64,000 nt of DNA from an uncultured virus (IMG/VR IMGVR_UViG_3300033388_001820) (lineage: Duplodnaviria; Heunggongvirae; Uroviricota; Caudoviricetes), in the IMG/VR virus record IMGVR_UViG_3300033388_001820. One strand, written 5' to 3'. The position numbers and the translations under genes are program-made. The first letter of the stretch is position 1. Each line of letters begins with the position of its first letter. The notes beneath the pieces are model-generated. The model was not told the origin of the DNA. It worked only from the letters and a program-made list of their open reading frames with translations, and did not search any database. Of this stretch, positions 10,900-22,606 are shown in pieces.

Positions 10900-13310
10900 G
10901 GAACAACATGACCTATGACCCAATAGAAGAGTTCCCCGAATACGTGGCGAGCTTCTACGCCAACGACAGAACCACAACCCCACCGGCGTTGTATCCGCTG
11001 GCCCCAACCGCACAAGTCCACGCTGCTTGTACCCTCGTTGCTGGACTTCCCGACTTCGTTGGTGACAGCTTCGACCGCGAGAAAGTCCGCGGGGTTCTTG
11101 AATCCCTCGGCTTCATTGAGAACACCAGCGAGATGAATGACATCGAAGATACCAAGATCGGGCAGCGCCTGCTGCATCACGACGACCTTCAGGAAACCGC
11201 ATGATCTTCCACGCACCCGACTTCATCCGAAACCAGACACACTTCGATGGTGAACGCATCGTTGGCTGGCGCAGAATCACCACCCCTGGTCCGAACTGTT
11301 CGGTGCCCTGTCTGGCACCTGGCTCATCGCCCCACTCGCACGCCATCTGTACAGGTGTGCAGCTTGTGACCGAGAACGGTTTGTACGAATTTGACGAGGC
11401 AGGGATTGGGCTTCGTGCCACGTCTCTGCATCCCACCGATTACATCTACCCGGAGACAACATGAGAGAGATCACGCTTTCCGTCCTGTTGAGCACAGGCG
11501 ACATTCAACTCAAGATCGTAACCGAAGAAACCATCATCGCAGAAGGCGCAACGTTCGATGAGGTTCTGGCATCCACGCACAAACTTGCTATAGGTGTGAC
11601 CACCGGCGAGTTTGAGCATGAAGGACGCACAGTGGAAGTGAACGAGTTTTCGGTGGACGACGAGCCGAACGCAACGACCTACTACAACACAGATCATGTG
11701 GTGTCGATCACCGTTGCTGCCACCGAGTGACATGTGGATCGACCGACAAACCCGCAGCGACACCGCTGAAGACTACCGCGAGGACAACATGACTGAATAC
11801 CAAGTGACCTTCATCGTGATGGTGGAGGCAGAAGACGAAGACGACGCCGAACAAGAGGCACGTCAACACATCCACAACAACCCTCACTTTGAGGCGAACG
11901 ACGTACAGGAGATCGAATGACTGGAACCGCAAGGGGAGCAGCGTCGATCAACGTCAGTCTGTCACAGGGACGCATTACTGTCCTACACGGTGACACTGGC
12001 GAAGAATTGCACAGCACCGACGCAATCGAAGGCGACTGGGATCGCATTTGGGAAACTCTAAGGAGCCTTGGTGAGTGACACCGAACAAAACTGGGACACG
12101 CTCGAAACTGAGCGCTGGCTCGACAACGACGAAGGTTTGTACTTTGCATCCCGCGGTGCGAACGAAGAAACGATCCGTGAACTTGTAGGCATGTTCATCC
12201 CACGTGGGATGGCTGTCACGTTGCGAGAGATCAACTGGGACTACCTCACGGAAAGCGTGTCACGATGACGCTACAGCAACGTGTCGCACCTCAATTCGGA
12301 GATTTGAAAGTTGGAGAGAAATTCAAGATCGTCGCACAAGGCATGACCTTGACCCCATATACTCCAACGCTCATAAAGGTGCGCAGAGCACACGAGATCA
12401 ATCAACCTGGCAACGACCCAAGAAACGCTGTGTACCTGATGAAATGGCCGGGTACATTCGCCACGGTTGTTGACACACGAAGGGTGGAACGAGTCACATG
12501 ATCCGCTTTTACTGTTGGGTCCTGTCCCACACGCTCGCCAACGCACCCGACCTGGCCGCATACATCTCAATCATCCTGCCCCACATGGGGCACAACCACA
12601 CAGGAGTAGGCTTATGATCGAACCCGACGAAGCAACCATCGCTGACTACGAAGACGCACAAGGCGAAGACGCCCGATTCTTTTGGGCTGCCGAGCAGAGT
12701 GTGTACGACAGCGAACCTGACCCTGACGAGTTCTACGATGACTGAGAGAGTCAAGTTCGTAGACGAAATGTTTGAGGCTGACCCGGAACTCCTGCGGGCA
12801 GTCAAGGCTTTGGCCGACGAGATCAACGAAATACCAGCAGCCAAGAAAAAGGACCACGTAACATGAACATGGTAGCAATTCACCTCTCCAACGGCAATGT
12901 TGGCAAGGTACATCGACTTCGCAATTTCGCCCAATACGAATGTGGAATGTCGGTTTACGAATCCGACGTTGACACCATCGCCCATTCCACCTGCATAAAG
13001 TGCAACCGCTGATGAGGTGGCCGACCGAAGTGATCGTCTCTTACTCAGGAGACGCCCAAGACAACATGACCGTGAGCCTCAAGTTCCTACATTATGGCAA
13101 CCCAGAACATAAATACGCATCGACTGTACGTCTGCTCAACGACGTCAAAACTCAGCCTCGTTGGCAAGATGCTGTCTGCGCGTTGGAAGCTGTTGTGGAC
13201 TCTGGCCTTATTCACGACATGGAAGACGATGACGCCGCGGTTCTTGCCCTGTGGAACGCTCTGGTTCCGATACGATGACCACTGACCACCCCTAACCCCG
13301 AAAGACAACA

Positions 13311-15245
13311 ATGAGCGAATACCTTTACCTTGACGAGAATAGTTGTCCGGCCGGATGCAAAGAAGGCGGGATTGACGACTACTACGCACCAGGCTTTGAC
13401 CCTGACTTCTACCCGTGGTACAGCAACGACGGCCACAAGCTCGTAGCCCGCGGCGGTGCCTACGGTTACGACAAGCTCTGGGACATCAAACGTTTCAAGG
13501 GCATCGACCTTCGTAACCTGATCGCGGACTTTTACCTGCTGGACGCTGTTGCCTCATGCGTCCTTGTCCCCGGTGTCACACCGCAGGTGGCAGCCAACCC
13601 GGCTGTGCTTCTGGAAATGATCGACGCTGGCTTCTACTCTCGCAACGCCGATTCACCCGAAGGTGTGGCCCTGGAAGCAGCAATCGCTTTTGCCCGCCAC
13701 ACACTCAAGTACGCCCCGATGATTCGGGACTACATGCACTACGCTTGTGCATCGGAAATCCAGTTCCATCCAGTCGGCTACCCGATCGGAACGTCGTTCG
13801 GAGAATGCGCCGTAGGCTGGCACAAAGTGATCGAGCATTTCGGACATGAAGTTGCAGCCTCCTGGCTCGTGGACGTGTTTAACGCCAAAGGCTGGTCAGG
13901 CGGTTTCGGTGGCAAAGCCTGGAAAGGCATCGCTGTTGTGGCCCATGCTTACGAGACAACCCAGTGGCTCGGTGAGTCGTTCGGTCCTCGTGAGTTCTTG
14001 GATCGTGCGTTCTCGCTACAGCACAACGGCGGCACCATGTTCAACAAGTGCGAATGGGCCGACAGTGTTGGCAACGTGCAGAAAGTTCTTGACGCTCATG
14101 CTAACAGTGACTGGGCTAAGCTGCACAAACATGCCAGTCAGAACACACAGAGCCTTGTTGCGAAGTATCTGACGGTTTGTGACGTGGAGGATCACAACAA
14201 GCTTCTTGGCATCAAGGTTGCCCCTCCTGTCGTAGTAACACCTACTCCGACCGTTACAGTCAACACCAACATCAACGGCAACACCACCCCCAGCACGAAT
14301 GATGGCAACTTTCATCCTACTGGTGCCACCTACGAACTGCCCGAACTGTTTGCTCTGTGCAAGGGATTGGTCATCAAAACGGAAGGCGTCACCTACAAGG
14401 TGTCAGCATCCGGGTCGATCAAGACCACGCTCAAGCATTACAGTCACCCGTATTGGGAAGGCACAAACTACAACACTTCCTACATCCTCAAGAAGATCAA
14501 CGATGGACATTGGACCTTGTTCACCGACTACGGTACCGAGTATGTTCTCGGCGCACCGGCGTTACCGGAGTTCGCTGTTGGCAAGGTCATCGTCCACAAG
14601 TCCACCGGGCATGTGTACGAGATCGTGGAGTGGTCGGGCGATTCGTACACCTACCACAAGGTTCACGAGAGGAAAGGCAAGTCTACCTTTAACCCGATCA
14701 AGACAGCCGACCCTCAAGCGTTCTTGAAGCACTTTGTCACATGGGACAAGACGTTCGATGACGAGTGGGTGCTTGTTAACGAACCGGAGAAGATGCACGA
14801 ATGGCCGTCCACGTCCAACCACGCCACATGGACCAACAACTACAAGCCTGAACCCAAGCACATACCGACACCGTTGGTCGATCCTGAGTTTGAGAAGCTA
14901 CTCAAGGAAGAGGAAGCAATCGAAGCCTCAATCGTTCACAACGTGGTGCAAACGACGAGTGACTATGCCTATGACCTACTGCCGCAACTCAAACTTGGCA
15001 CACTCATCTACCACACCAAACTTGAGAAGAACGACCACAAGATGATCAACATGTGGCCTGTTACCTTCTGGGGATGGACTGACGACGGTCACATGAAAAT
15101 GAAGTTCTGGGACGGCAGCACACTGAAACACAACCCGTGGATATACACTGACGTACAGGGATACCTTGAGTCGGGGACATGGACGCTTCTTCCTCACCCA
15201 TCGCCCACCCCAACCCAGCCCTTTTACCCAGACTTCACAGACTGA
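13311..15245 (+). CDS. Hypothetical protein with N-terminal 'GGxAW...LQHN' domain (paralog 1 of 3)
   Basis: 644-aa ORF. Motifs FYLLD, YMHYA, GFGGKAW, FLDRAFSLQHNGG are shared with 19572-21071 and 25363-26310. Confidence 0.85.
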   Translation: MSEYLYLDENSCPAGCKEGGIDDYYAPGFDPDFYPWYSNDGHKLVARGGAYGYDKLWDIKRFKGIDLRNLIADFYLLDAVASCVLVPGVTPQVAANPAVLLEMIDAGFYSRNADSPEGVALEAAIAFARHTLKYAPMIRDYMHYACASEIQFHPVGYPIGTSFGECAVGWHKVIEHFGHEVAASWLVDVFNAKGWSGGFGGKAWKGIAVVAHAYETTQWLGESFGPREFLDRAFSLQHNGGTMFNKCEWADSVGNVQKVLDAHANSDWAKLHKHASQNTQSLVAKYLTVCDVEDHNKLLGIKVAPPVVVTPTPTVTVNTNINGNTTPSTNDGNFHPTGATYELPELFALCKGLVIKTEGVTYKVSASGSIKTTLKHYSHPYWEGTNYNTSYILKKINDGHWTLFTDYGTEYVLGAPALPEFAVGKVIVHKSTGHVYEIVEWSGDSYTYHKVHERKGKSTFNPIKTADPQAFLKHFVTWDKTFDDEWVLVNEPEKMHEWPSTSNHATWTNNYKPEPKHIPTPLVDPEFEKLLKEEEAIEASIVHNVVQTTSDYAYDLLPQLKLGTLIYHTKLEKNDHKMINMWPVTFWGWTDDGHMKMKFWDGSTLKHNPWIYTDVQGYLESGTWTLLPHPSPTPTQPFYPDFTD

Positions 15246-15261
15246 CCACAAACGACATTTC

Positions 15262-15290
15262 TTGACAACCTCGCCGGAACCTGATACAAC
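15262..15290 (+). promoter_or_regulatory. Putative SigA-type promoter upstream of the dikinase/phosphatase genes
   Basis: TTGACA-N17-TACAAC with extended TG. Confidence 0.5.
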
Positions 15291-15494
15291 AGAGGGACCG
15301 GCACAAATTGAAAGGCATCATGTCACCAACAGCAGAACCAGACGAACGATTCGAACCACGAGCAAAGCGTGAGATCCTCTTCGGAATCATGAAAAAGCAG
15401 AAGCTTCCCAGCATCTTCCACGCCGAAGACGTGCTCAAAGACATGCCCGACGACACAGCGCTGGGCTTTCTCCCCAAGGAGTTCAACAAGTAGC

Positions 15495-17279
15495 ATGGCA
15501 AACACCACAGCATTCACGTTTGACGCCACCCATGCCGGGAACAAGGTCGCTGACCTCAAATCCCGCCTCGGTGGCAAGGGTGCAAACCTTTGGCACATGA
15601 CCCGCAACCTGGGTCTGCCTGTGCCGCAAGGTTTCACCATCTGTACCAACGAGACGTTCTTGCATCGAGGCTCGAAGAGTCTCCGCAACCCGCTCAGTAA
15701 CCGCATCGACAAGCTCATTGCACGACTGGAAGAGGACGCCGGACGGCGGTTCGGTGATCACACCGACCCGCTTCTTGTCAGTGTCCGATCAGGTGCAGCA
15801 GTCTCCATGCCAGGTATGATGGAGACGATCCTGAACCTCGGCATGAACCGTGAAGTCACCAAGGCTCTTGCCGATCAGGTAGACGAACGATGGGCGTGGG
15901 ATTCGTACCGACGCTTTATCCAGATGTACGGCACGATCGTGCTGGACATACCCGCAGCGTTCTACGCTGACCGACAGGTGGCAGCGCAGCGATTCTACGG
16001 CAGCGACAAGCTGGACGTGGAGTTCTTGCAGCTTCTTGTCAGTGCCTTCCTGGCAGACACCGACGTTCCCTCCGACCCACGAGAACAGTTGCACAGCGCA
16101 GTCCTTGCTGTGTTCCGCTCATGGTTCGGTGACAGAGCAGTCAAGTACCGTGATATCGAAAACATCCCTGCCGATCTCGGTACGGCTGTCAACGTGCAGC
16201 GCATGGTGTTTGGCAATCTCACTCCCCGATCAGGAACGGGTGTTGCTTTTACCCGCAACCCGAATACGGGAGAGCGTGTACACTACGGAGACTTCTTGGC
16301 AGAAGCACAAGGTGAGGATGTGGTCGATGGATCACGCAACACCAGCCCGCTGGATCACATGCCACGACTCGGGTTTCCTGAGGCATACGAGGAACTGGCT
16401 CACATTCTCGACGGACTTGATCGTGAGTACGGCGACATGTGTGACGTGGAGTTCACGATCGAAGACAACCAGTTGTTCATCCTCCAGACCCGAATCGGCA
16501 AGCGTGCCCCGCAAGCCGAACGACGGATCGTGGTTGACCTTCTCGCCAACGGTGACATCACCGCAGAGCAGGCACACGAACGGTTGGAGAACGTTTGGGA
16601 AAATGCATCACAGCCTTCCAATGACGTGGCTTCCTTTACCGGCGTCGTGCTCGGTGAGGGTCTAGCTGCTTCACCGGGTGTAGCGGTTGGTGCGATCGTG
16701 ACATCCTCGAAAGCTGCTCTCGCCGCTGAGGGTCCCGTGATCCTGTGTCGCCCCGAAACGTCCCCGGACGATGTGGACGGCATGTCGGCTGCGGTTGGTA
16801 TCCTCACTGCCAAGGGTGGTGCGGTATCACATGCTGCGGTTGTTGCCCGGTCGTGGGGTAAGCCCTGCGTCGTTGGCTTCGACAAGATCACGGTTACCTC
16901 TGAGGGAATCGTGTTTGATGGTCAGTTGTACCCTGCCGGTACGCTGCTTCGTGTCAACGGGTCAACCGGAGTCGTGGAGGTGGCTTCGGATGTGGAAACG
17001 TCCGAGGTTACCACAGTAATTGCCAACAAGGACAACGTGGCAGCAGGCATGAAAGGTGTCATTCTTGCCGGTACGGTCATCAATGATGTGACCACGGCCA
17101 CTGTAAAGGATGTGGCTGTCGAGATCGTAGATGTCTTCACCGCTCAGACGGGCGGCGAGTACGACATGGATGTCAAGTTCTTGGGGAACGCCACCGACAA
17201 GGACGGTTACGTGTTCGTGGCCTCAGGAGTGAGTTGGTCCCTCAACTTCGATCACGTCATGGTGGACATCACTCAATGA
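15495..17279 (+). CDS. Pyruvate phosphate dikinase-like protein: ATP-grasp plus phospho-His swivel domain, lacking the PEP/pyruvate-binding barrel
   Basis: LGGKGANL, PLLVSVRSGAAVSMPGMMETILNLG, GTAVNVQRMVFGN, SGTGVAFTRNPNTGE, AQGEDVV, DVEFTIE..LFILQTR, GILTAKGGAVSHAAVVAR. Only 594 aa. Confidence 0.92.
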   Translation: MANTTAFTFDATHAGNKVADLKSRLGGKGANLWHMTRNLGLPVPQGFTICTNETFLHRGSKSLRNPLSNRIDKLIARLEEDAGRRFGDHTDPLLVSVRSGAAVSMPGMMETILNLGMNREVTKALADQVDERWAWDSYRRFIQMYGTIVLDIPAAFYADRQVAAQRFYGSDKLDVEFLQLLVSAFLADTDVPSDPREQLHSAVLAVFRSWFGDRAVKYRDIENIPADLGTAVNVQRMVFGNLTPRSGTGVAFTRNPNTGERVHYGDFLAEAQGEDVVDGSRNTSPLDHMPRLGFPEAYEELAHILDGLDREYGDMCDVEFTIEDNQLFILQTRIGKRAPQAERRIVVDLLANGDITAEQAHERLENVWENASQPSNDVASFTGVVLGEGLAASPGVAVGAIVTSSKAALAAEGPVILCRPETSPDDVDGMSAAVGILTAKGGAVSHAAVVARSWGKPCVVGFDKITVTSEGIVFDGQLYPAGTLLRVNGSTGVVEVASDVETSEVTTVIANKDNVAAGMKGVILAGTVINDVTTATVKDVAVEIVDVFTAQTGGEYDMDVKFLGNATDKDGYVFVASGVSWSLNFDHVMVDITQ

Positions 17280-19570
17280 TCGAATGTCTTTGCCGAGACG
17301 CAGCTAAGAAATACCGCTGCGAAACATGTCGCGTGAAACGTGACAACTTGTTTGACCTTGACTGGGAGGCTCTTGACGCGGCTGACACGGAACCATTCTG
17401 TGATCACTACGGCCTTGGAAAACTCTATGACGAAACACCAATCCCCTATTACTACTGCACGAACTGTGGAGTTGCAGCCCACACCATCAGTCACCTACAC
17501 GAGAAAGGGTCGGATATGAGCAAGAAGAAACAACGCAATCGCAAAAAGCGTGCTCTGGAAGCTGTCAGAGCCGTCAGGTTCAATGATGTATTCGAAACAC
17601 CCGACGCCTGGTACCTTTGTACTGGCTGGTCGAAGCCATCGTCAGGCAACGCATACGTGATCCGGTCTAAGCCGCTCTCTGATGAGGCTGAGACCTTGCC
17701 GAAAGCAAACCCGACATGGGATGAGGACTACGTTTCAGCGTGTGTGAAAGCCAAGACGTGGACCAATCACGGCAAACTTCCTGTCGCTAAGGGTCAGGAA
17801 TTCAAAACTCAAGTCGGCACCTCAAACAAGATTTGTGCAGGTTGGGACGAACACGGTTGCATGTTGTACCGTCTCAAAGATGCGCAAGGCACACACGTCA
17901 CGAAGGTTCCCAACTGGAACGTACCCCACGTCCAGCAGCGATTCGAAACCGACTGGGAAATCGTCGGTGGCCCAACTTCAAAGGTGCCGGTGCCGGTACG
18001 TAAGTGCAACTTGTGTGCTCTGCGTCAACCGAAGAAGAACGAGAAAACATGCACACCATGCAAGGATCGTAAGACTTGTGCTCGATGTCACATCAAGTTC
18101 GATGATCCCGAGTTTCTTACGAAATGCGATCACAAGATCCACGAGCAGTATACAACTGCTACAGCGACAACGAAGAAAGCCAAGACAACCAAATACGGCG
18201 GATTCAGTAAATGTCGCCACTACCATCGACCGGTCAAACTGCCCGGTGGGTTCATCGTTCATGCTTCATCCATGAACAACAAGCGCAAGAAGGAGGACGG
18301 ACTTCCCGACTGGGGATTGTACGCCGACTGGGGATGGAAGCCTTATTGGCGAGCCGAACACATCGACTGGCAAGACTTCGGTATCCCGTTCGATGACGTG
18401 ATCGCATTTGAGCAGATCCTCGTAGCTATCGAGAAGATCCAGAAAGGCGAAGATGTCGAGGTTGGCTGCATTGGTGGACATGGTAGAACCGGTACCATCA
18501 TCGCAGCCATGCGAGTCATCCTTGGAGAGGACGCCAACACGGCGATCCTGACGACACGAAAAGAATACTGCTCCCATGCTATTGAGACGGCTGAGCAAGA
18601 ATGGTGGATCGAGTGGGTAGAATCCGCAGTCCGCGGTACACCTCTCACAGAGAAGCCTGCCTTCTCCTATGCCGACTTCGGTTATGGTGGCGGTAGCAGC
18701 TACTCGGTAGGTGCCAACCACGCCAAGAACAAAGCTCCGACTGCCAAGTATGCCAACGACTGGGAAAACGGCGGCAACTGCTCGCAGTCCGCTCACTTCT
18801 ACATGTGGCTCAAGGGCCACGAGAACTGTACGAAGTCAAACTCTTGCAAGTTCTGGGAAACTGACATCAAGTCGTTCGAAATATCGAAGGGCGGTGGCAA
18901 GTGGTCCGAGAACATGATGAAAGATGTGGAAGGCATCGCACGACCCTACGTGTGGCATCATGCACGAGCCAAGAAAGGGGGCTTTCATCCAAACGACCCG
19001 CTTTCAAAGCCGAAGTCAACAGCACCCGGCACAAAGCCAAAGGGTCAGATCAACAAGAACATCGGCTACGAGGTACGTGTTCCAACCGAGGATGGTCTCG
19101 GCATGACCATCGTCAAGGTTCATGCCCCGCCAAGGAAGAAAGACGACATGCACGTTCCGCTACGTAAAGACGGATGTCACTGTGATGTTTGTCGCTACGT
19201 TCGGGGCGGCTACGGTGCCTTCATCATGCCTGGAGACTTGACCGACGCAGCCATCTGGACTAAAGAGATGGACGCTTTGGAAACGATAGCCGACAAGGCT
19301 GTCACGGCCAGACTGCACATAGACGCTGGACGAAGCGTTACGATCCTGCTGGCAGACGGCAAGTTCGTAGAGTCTCGTGTCTCCGACAACTGGGAGGCAG
19401 AGCCATCCGGTGAAGGACTGTTCCCGTTCGAGATGAACGAGAACTGGCAGTGGATCAGCGACGAGAACATTTGGGTTTGGATTGGCGCTTTGTCCGACGA
19501 GGACATTGAAATTCGTGCCAACCTGGCGGTCACCGCCGCATTTGGACTAGCACCAGGGATTGGAGTGTGA
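17276..19570 (+). CDS. Large protein with Cys-based protein-tyrosine/dual-specificity phosphatase domain and Cys-rich (Zn-binding) segments
   Basis: WQDFG acid loop; CX5R motif VGCIGGHGRTGT; HAIETAEQ. Confidence 0.85.
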   Translation: MIECLCRDAAKKYRCETCRVKRDNLFDLDWEALDAADTEPFCDHYGLGKLYDETPIPYYYCTNCGVAAHTISHLHEKGSDMSKKKQRNRKKRALEAVRAVRFNDVFETPDAWYLCTGWSKPSSGNAYVIRSKPLSDEAETLPKANPTWDEDYVSACVKAKTWTNHGKLPVAKGQEFKTQVGTSNKICAGWDEHGCMLYRLKDAQGTHVTKVPNWNVPHVQQRFETDWEIVGGPTSKVPVPVRKCNLCALRQPKKNEKTCTPCKDRKTCARCHIKFDDPEFLTKCDHKIHEQYTTATATTKKAKTTKYGGFSKCRHYHRPVKLPGGFIVHASSMNNKRKKEDGLPDWGLYADWGWKPYWRAEHIDWQDFGIPFDDVIAFEQILVAIEKIQKGEDVEVGCIGGHGRTGTIIAAMRVILGEDANTAILTTRKEYCSHAIETAEQEWWIEWVESAVRGTPLTEKPAFSYADFGYGGGSSYSVGANHAKNKAPTAKYANDWENGGNCSQSAHFYMWLKGHENCTKSNSCKFWETDIKSFEISKGGGKWSENMMKDVEGIARPYVWHHARAKKGGFHPNDPLSKPKSTAPGTKPKGQINKNIGYEVRVPTEDGLGMTIVKVHAPPRKKDDMHVPLRKDGCHCDVCRYVRGGYGAFIMPGDLTDAAIWTKEMDALETIADKAVTARLHIDAGRSVTILLADGKFVESRVSDNWEAEPSGEGLFPFEMNENWQWISDENIWVWIGALSDEDIEIRANLAVTAAFGLAPGIGV

Positions 19571-19571
19571 G

Positions 19572-21071
19572 ATGACTAGATACGGAGATACACCAACAGT
19601 GAACGGGTGGACGAAGACCACCACACTCACAACAGACGAGGACGAATGGAAACAGATTTGGCAAGAGGCTGCAAAGTCGGACAAAGTAGACGTCCCTAGG
19701 GTCGCTGCTGAGTTCTACCTGCTTGAGATCATTAGCGCTCACGTCGGGATTTCAACTCCTGGTGTAGGACCTGCCTCCGAGCTACCGATCACTCCCGAAG
19801 AGTTCTTCGAACTGCTCAACATCAAGAACCCTACACAACGTCAGAGTCTATTGCAGAGTCGAATAGAACGACTCGGTGACTCTGGTCCCGAAGAGGATCT
19901 CACCGCTTTGCGACGGTGTGCGATCGTCTCAATGGCAGAATTGGTTGATGCTTACATGCCAACCTTCTACGAGTATTTGAACCTGGCTATCGGTGGCGAG
20001 ATACGTCACCATCGGGCAGGACGTGAGGTACTCAGTTCGAACCGGCCGATCGCATGGTGCGATTGGCAACACGTGTTCGAAGAGCATGGCGTGTCGGCTA
20101 TCCAAAATGCAGCCTTGCTGTTTCGAGAGTTTCCAAGCAACGCTGGTTATGGTGGCGAGGCGTGGGCACAAGCCGCGGAGATCCTCGCTTCTTTCCTAGA
20201 CGGTCGGCTTGGACCCGACGAGGCAACGAACCGACGTTTGTTCATGGACAGGGTATGGACGTTGGAACACAACAACGGATGTATTCTCAACAAGGTTCCT
20301 TGGATCAACCTTGATCACATCCAAAAGGTACTGAACGCTCACGCAGCGAACCCACCCAACTTGCAGGCTTTGTACAAACGGGCCGGACGCGGAGTGCGTG
20401 ATATGTGGAACCAGTACATCGACGTCTGCAACGTCCTACGAGACAAGGACGGCGAGCAACCCATCGAATACGATTTCACCAAGACAACCTACTTCGGTCG
20501 ATGCAACTATTGCGCCTCAAATGTAGAAGCCGGACACGATTTCAGTTGTGCGGCTCGTCTGTTTGACGAGTTCAACGGTGGAGCGTTTGACGCAAACACG
20601 GCGAGCGGATGGTACAGTGTTTGGGACGACGAAATGATAGAAGAACAAAGCGTTGGCGAGATGTTCCACCGCAACGCAGATCAGCTTGCGATCACACCGC
20701 AAGGCACGATGGAGATTGACAGCAACCAGAAAGTGCGATACAAAGTCACCATCATTCCCTACGACGGTGCAGGAAACTACGCCGACAGCTACGGTCAGTA
20801 TGACACCGGATACCAGTTTGTGACATGGGGAGAGATGCTCACCGAGTCAATCTCACCAGCATCCATTATCCCCTCCGACGCAGCGCCAGTCGAGAAGATG
20901 GAATTCCGTCTCAGCGTTTATGCTGTGGACAATGACACCAACATGGACATCTACCGCATCGCAAAAATGTACCAGTACCATCCTATCATGCCGGTTGACG
21001 TCAACGAGCCTGTCAATTTGAAGGACTGGATGAAACACTGTTACAACGACATAACAATCAAAGCCCTCTGA
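19572..21071 (+). CDS. Hypothetical protein with 'GGxAW...LEHN' domain (paralog 2 of 3)
   Basis: FYLLE, GYGGEAW, FMDRVWTLEHNNGCILNK, VLNAH. Confidence 0.85.
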   Translation: MTRYGDTPTVNGWTKTTTLTTDEDEWKQIWQEAAKSDKVDVPRVAAEFYLLEIISAHVGISTPGVGPASELPITPEEFFELLNIKNPTQRQSLLQSRIERLGDSGPEEDLTALRRCAIVSMAELVDAYMPTFYEYLNLAIGGEIRHHRAGREVLSSNRPIAWCDWQHVFEEHGVSAIQNAALLFREFPSNAGYGGEAWAQAAEILASFLDGRLGPDEATNRRLFMDRVWTLEHNNGCILNKVPWINLDHIQKVLNAHAANPPNLQALYKRAGRGVRDMWNQYIDVCNVLRDKDGEQPIEYDFTKTTYFGRCNYCASNVEAGHDFSCAARLFDEFNGGAFDANTASGWYSVWDDEMIEEQSVGEMFHRNADQLAITPQGTMEIDSNQKVRYKVTIIPYDGAGNYADSYGQYDTGYQFVTWGEMLTESISPASIIPSDAAPVEKMEFRLSVYAVDNDTNMDIYRIAKMYQYHPIMPVDVNEPVNLKDWMKHCYNDITIKAL

Positions 21072-21082
21072 AAGGAGCACCC

Positions 21083-22594
21083 ATGCTAGTCAAAAATCTA
21101 TGCGAGAAGCAAAGCGACGAGTGCCCCGGCGACAACGGCTACAACTACGAATGCATGTACTGCAACCTGACCACACAAGACTGTCAGTGCATTCTGCAAG
21201 AACCCGACCACGAAGCAACCCTTTATTGTTACACCTGCAACGATGTCCGAGAGTTCACCATCTTCGACACCAACCTTGACTTCAATACTGTCGTCGGAGA
21301 GTTGGTAGACGAACACGATGACGGGTTCGAACACTACGTCGACATCTCATCCGAAGAAGAGCCCATAAAGTCAGCGAAAGCGTCGGCTGAAATTCTGTAC
21401 GGCAAATGTCGACACCGGAACTTCCCGATCACTTTCCCTGACGGCACCAAGGTGTTTGCATCGTCACAACACAGCAGAGCAAAGAACGATCCCGAACCAG
21501 ACTTGAGTCTTTATCTCGACTGGTCATGGAACCCGAGCGGACCTGCCTATTACCTTGACTGGCGTGACTTCGGTCTGCCTAGCTCATGGGTTCCCGCAGC
21601 GAAGACGATCATCGACGTGTTCCAACGGGCACGAGAGACTCTTTGGGTCGAGATTGGCTGCATAGGAGGTCATGGCCGCACAGGCACCGTGCTGGCTGCT
21701 ATGGCGGTTCTCAGTGGAGTTCCCGCTAAGGATGCTGTCGATTGGGTACAGAAAGAGTATTGCAAGCACGCAGTAGAAACGGATCTACAAGCATGGTGGG
21801 TTGAATGGTTCGCTGCGTGGGTCAATGCTACCGACGTTCCCGCCTACCCGAAGTATGACGCGAAGACAAAGGAAGTGGAGTACATCCAGCTTGAGTCTTA
21901 CAGCGACAACGAACAACTCGATCTGAACGCCGAAAACTTCCAAGCTCTTTGGATCAGCGCTCACACGACAAAGGACGTGGACACATCGGATCAAGTTATC
22001 CAGCGGGAATTTTCTCAGGACTGGGACAAACCAGACTGGGACTCAACAGACTTCATGGAAGAGTGGAAGAAAGAACAGTTTGAAGGTCGGGATGGGACAG
22101 CGTTCCCGTTCCATTACCTGACCCACGTCGGCTACGACATGGTGACCGACTATCTCGACGGATTGGATGACCGAACGATTCAGTACATCGCTCGACTCTA
22201 CTACGATGTTGGCGAAGAGGTTAACTCGTTTGCTAACATCAAGGACTTTGTGCGAAGCTACGAAGAAGCAACACCTGAAGACATTGACACGTTTCTCGCA
22301 ATGGATCTAAACGAGTTCATAGAAGACAAGGAGCGTCGGACAGAAGAGACCAAGGCAGATACTCGCACCAGAGAGACAAGTGCTTTCTCGATGAAGCTCG
22401 CTGACAAGGTGTTTACGTTCGAATGGACGGCCTTAGCAGATGTCGGGGAAGCCGAAGCGCTCTTCGATTCACTTGACTACGAGTCCGAAGTGTGGTTAAG
22501 TGGTTACCTAGGCGATAAATTCGGTGAGGTGTTCAACCTTCCCGAGTTGATCGAAGCTGTTAAAGAATGCGACCTACACGCCGAGCCTTTCTAA
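21083..22594 (+). CDS. Second Cys-based PTP/DSP-like phosphatase
   Basis: WRDFG; IGCIGGHGRTGT; HAVETDLQ; clear paralog of 17276-19570. Confidence 0.85.
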   Translation: MLVKNLCEKQSDECPGDNGYNYECMYCNLTTQDCQCILQEPDHEATLYCYTCNDVREFTIFDTNLDFNTVVGELVDEHDDGFEHYVDISSEEEPIKSAKASAEILYGKCRHRNFPITFPDGTKVFASSQHSRAKNDPEPDLSLYLDWSWNPSGPAYYLDWRDFGLPSSWVPAAKTIIDVFQRARETLWVEIGCIGGHGRTGTVLAAMAVLSGVPAKDAVDWVQKEYCKHAVETDLQAWWVEWFAAWVNATDVPAYPKYDAKTKEVEYIQLESYSDNEQLDLNAENFQALWISAHTTKDVDTSDQVIQREFSQDWDKPDWDSTDFMEEWKKEQFEGRDGTAFPFHYLTHVGYDMVTDYLDGLDDRTIQYIARLYYDVGEEVNSFANIKDFVRSYEEATPEDIDTFLAMDLNEFIEDKERRTEETKADTRTRETSAFSMKLADKVFTFEWTALADVGEAEALFDSLDYESEVWLSGYLGDKFGEVFNLPELIEAVKECDLHAEPF

Positions 22595-22606
22595 AAGGAT
22601 ACCAAC

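Larger units (their letters stand above)
1606..13278 (+). other. Cluster of roughly 40 small, tightly packed hypothetical early-type phage ORFs (e.g. 1606-1908, 2892-3383, 3793-4146, 4427-4717, 6773-7153, 8567-8914, 9099-9539, 10908-11204, 11461-11730)
   Basis: Co-directional ORFs with AGGA/GGAG ribosome-binding sites, overlapping ATGA junctions and high GC3. No family recognised. Confidence 0.75.

Noticed and set aside
15495..17279. Calling this an ordinary ppdK auxiliary metabolic gene or a pseudogene
   Set aside because: The C-terminal PEP/pyruvate barrel is absent with no remnant downstream, yet the catalytic motifs are intact and the next gene is translationally coupled.
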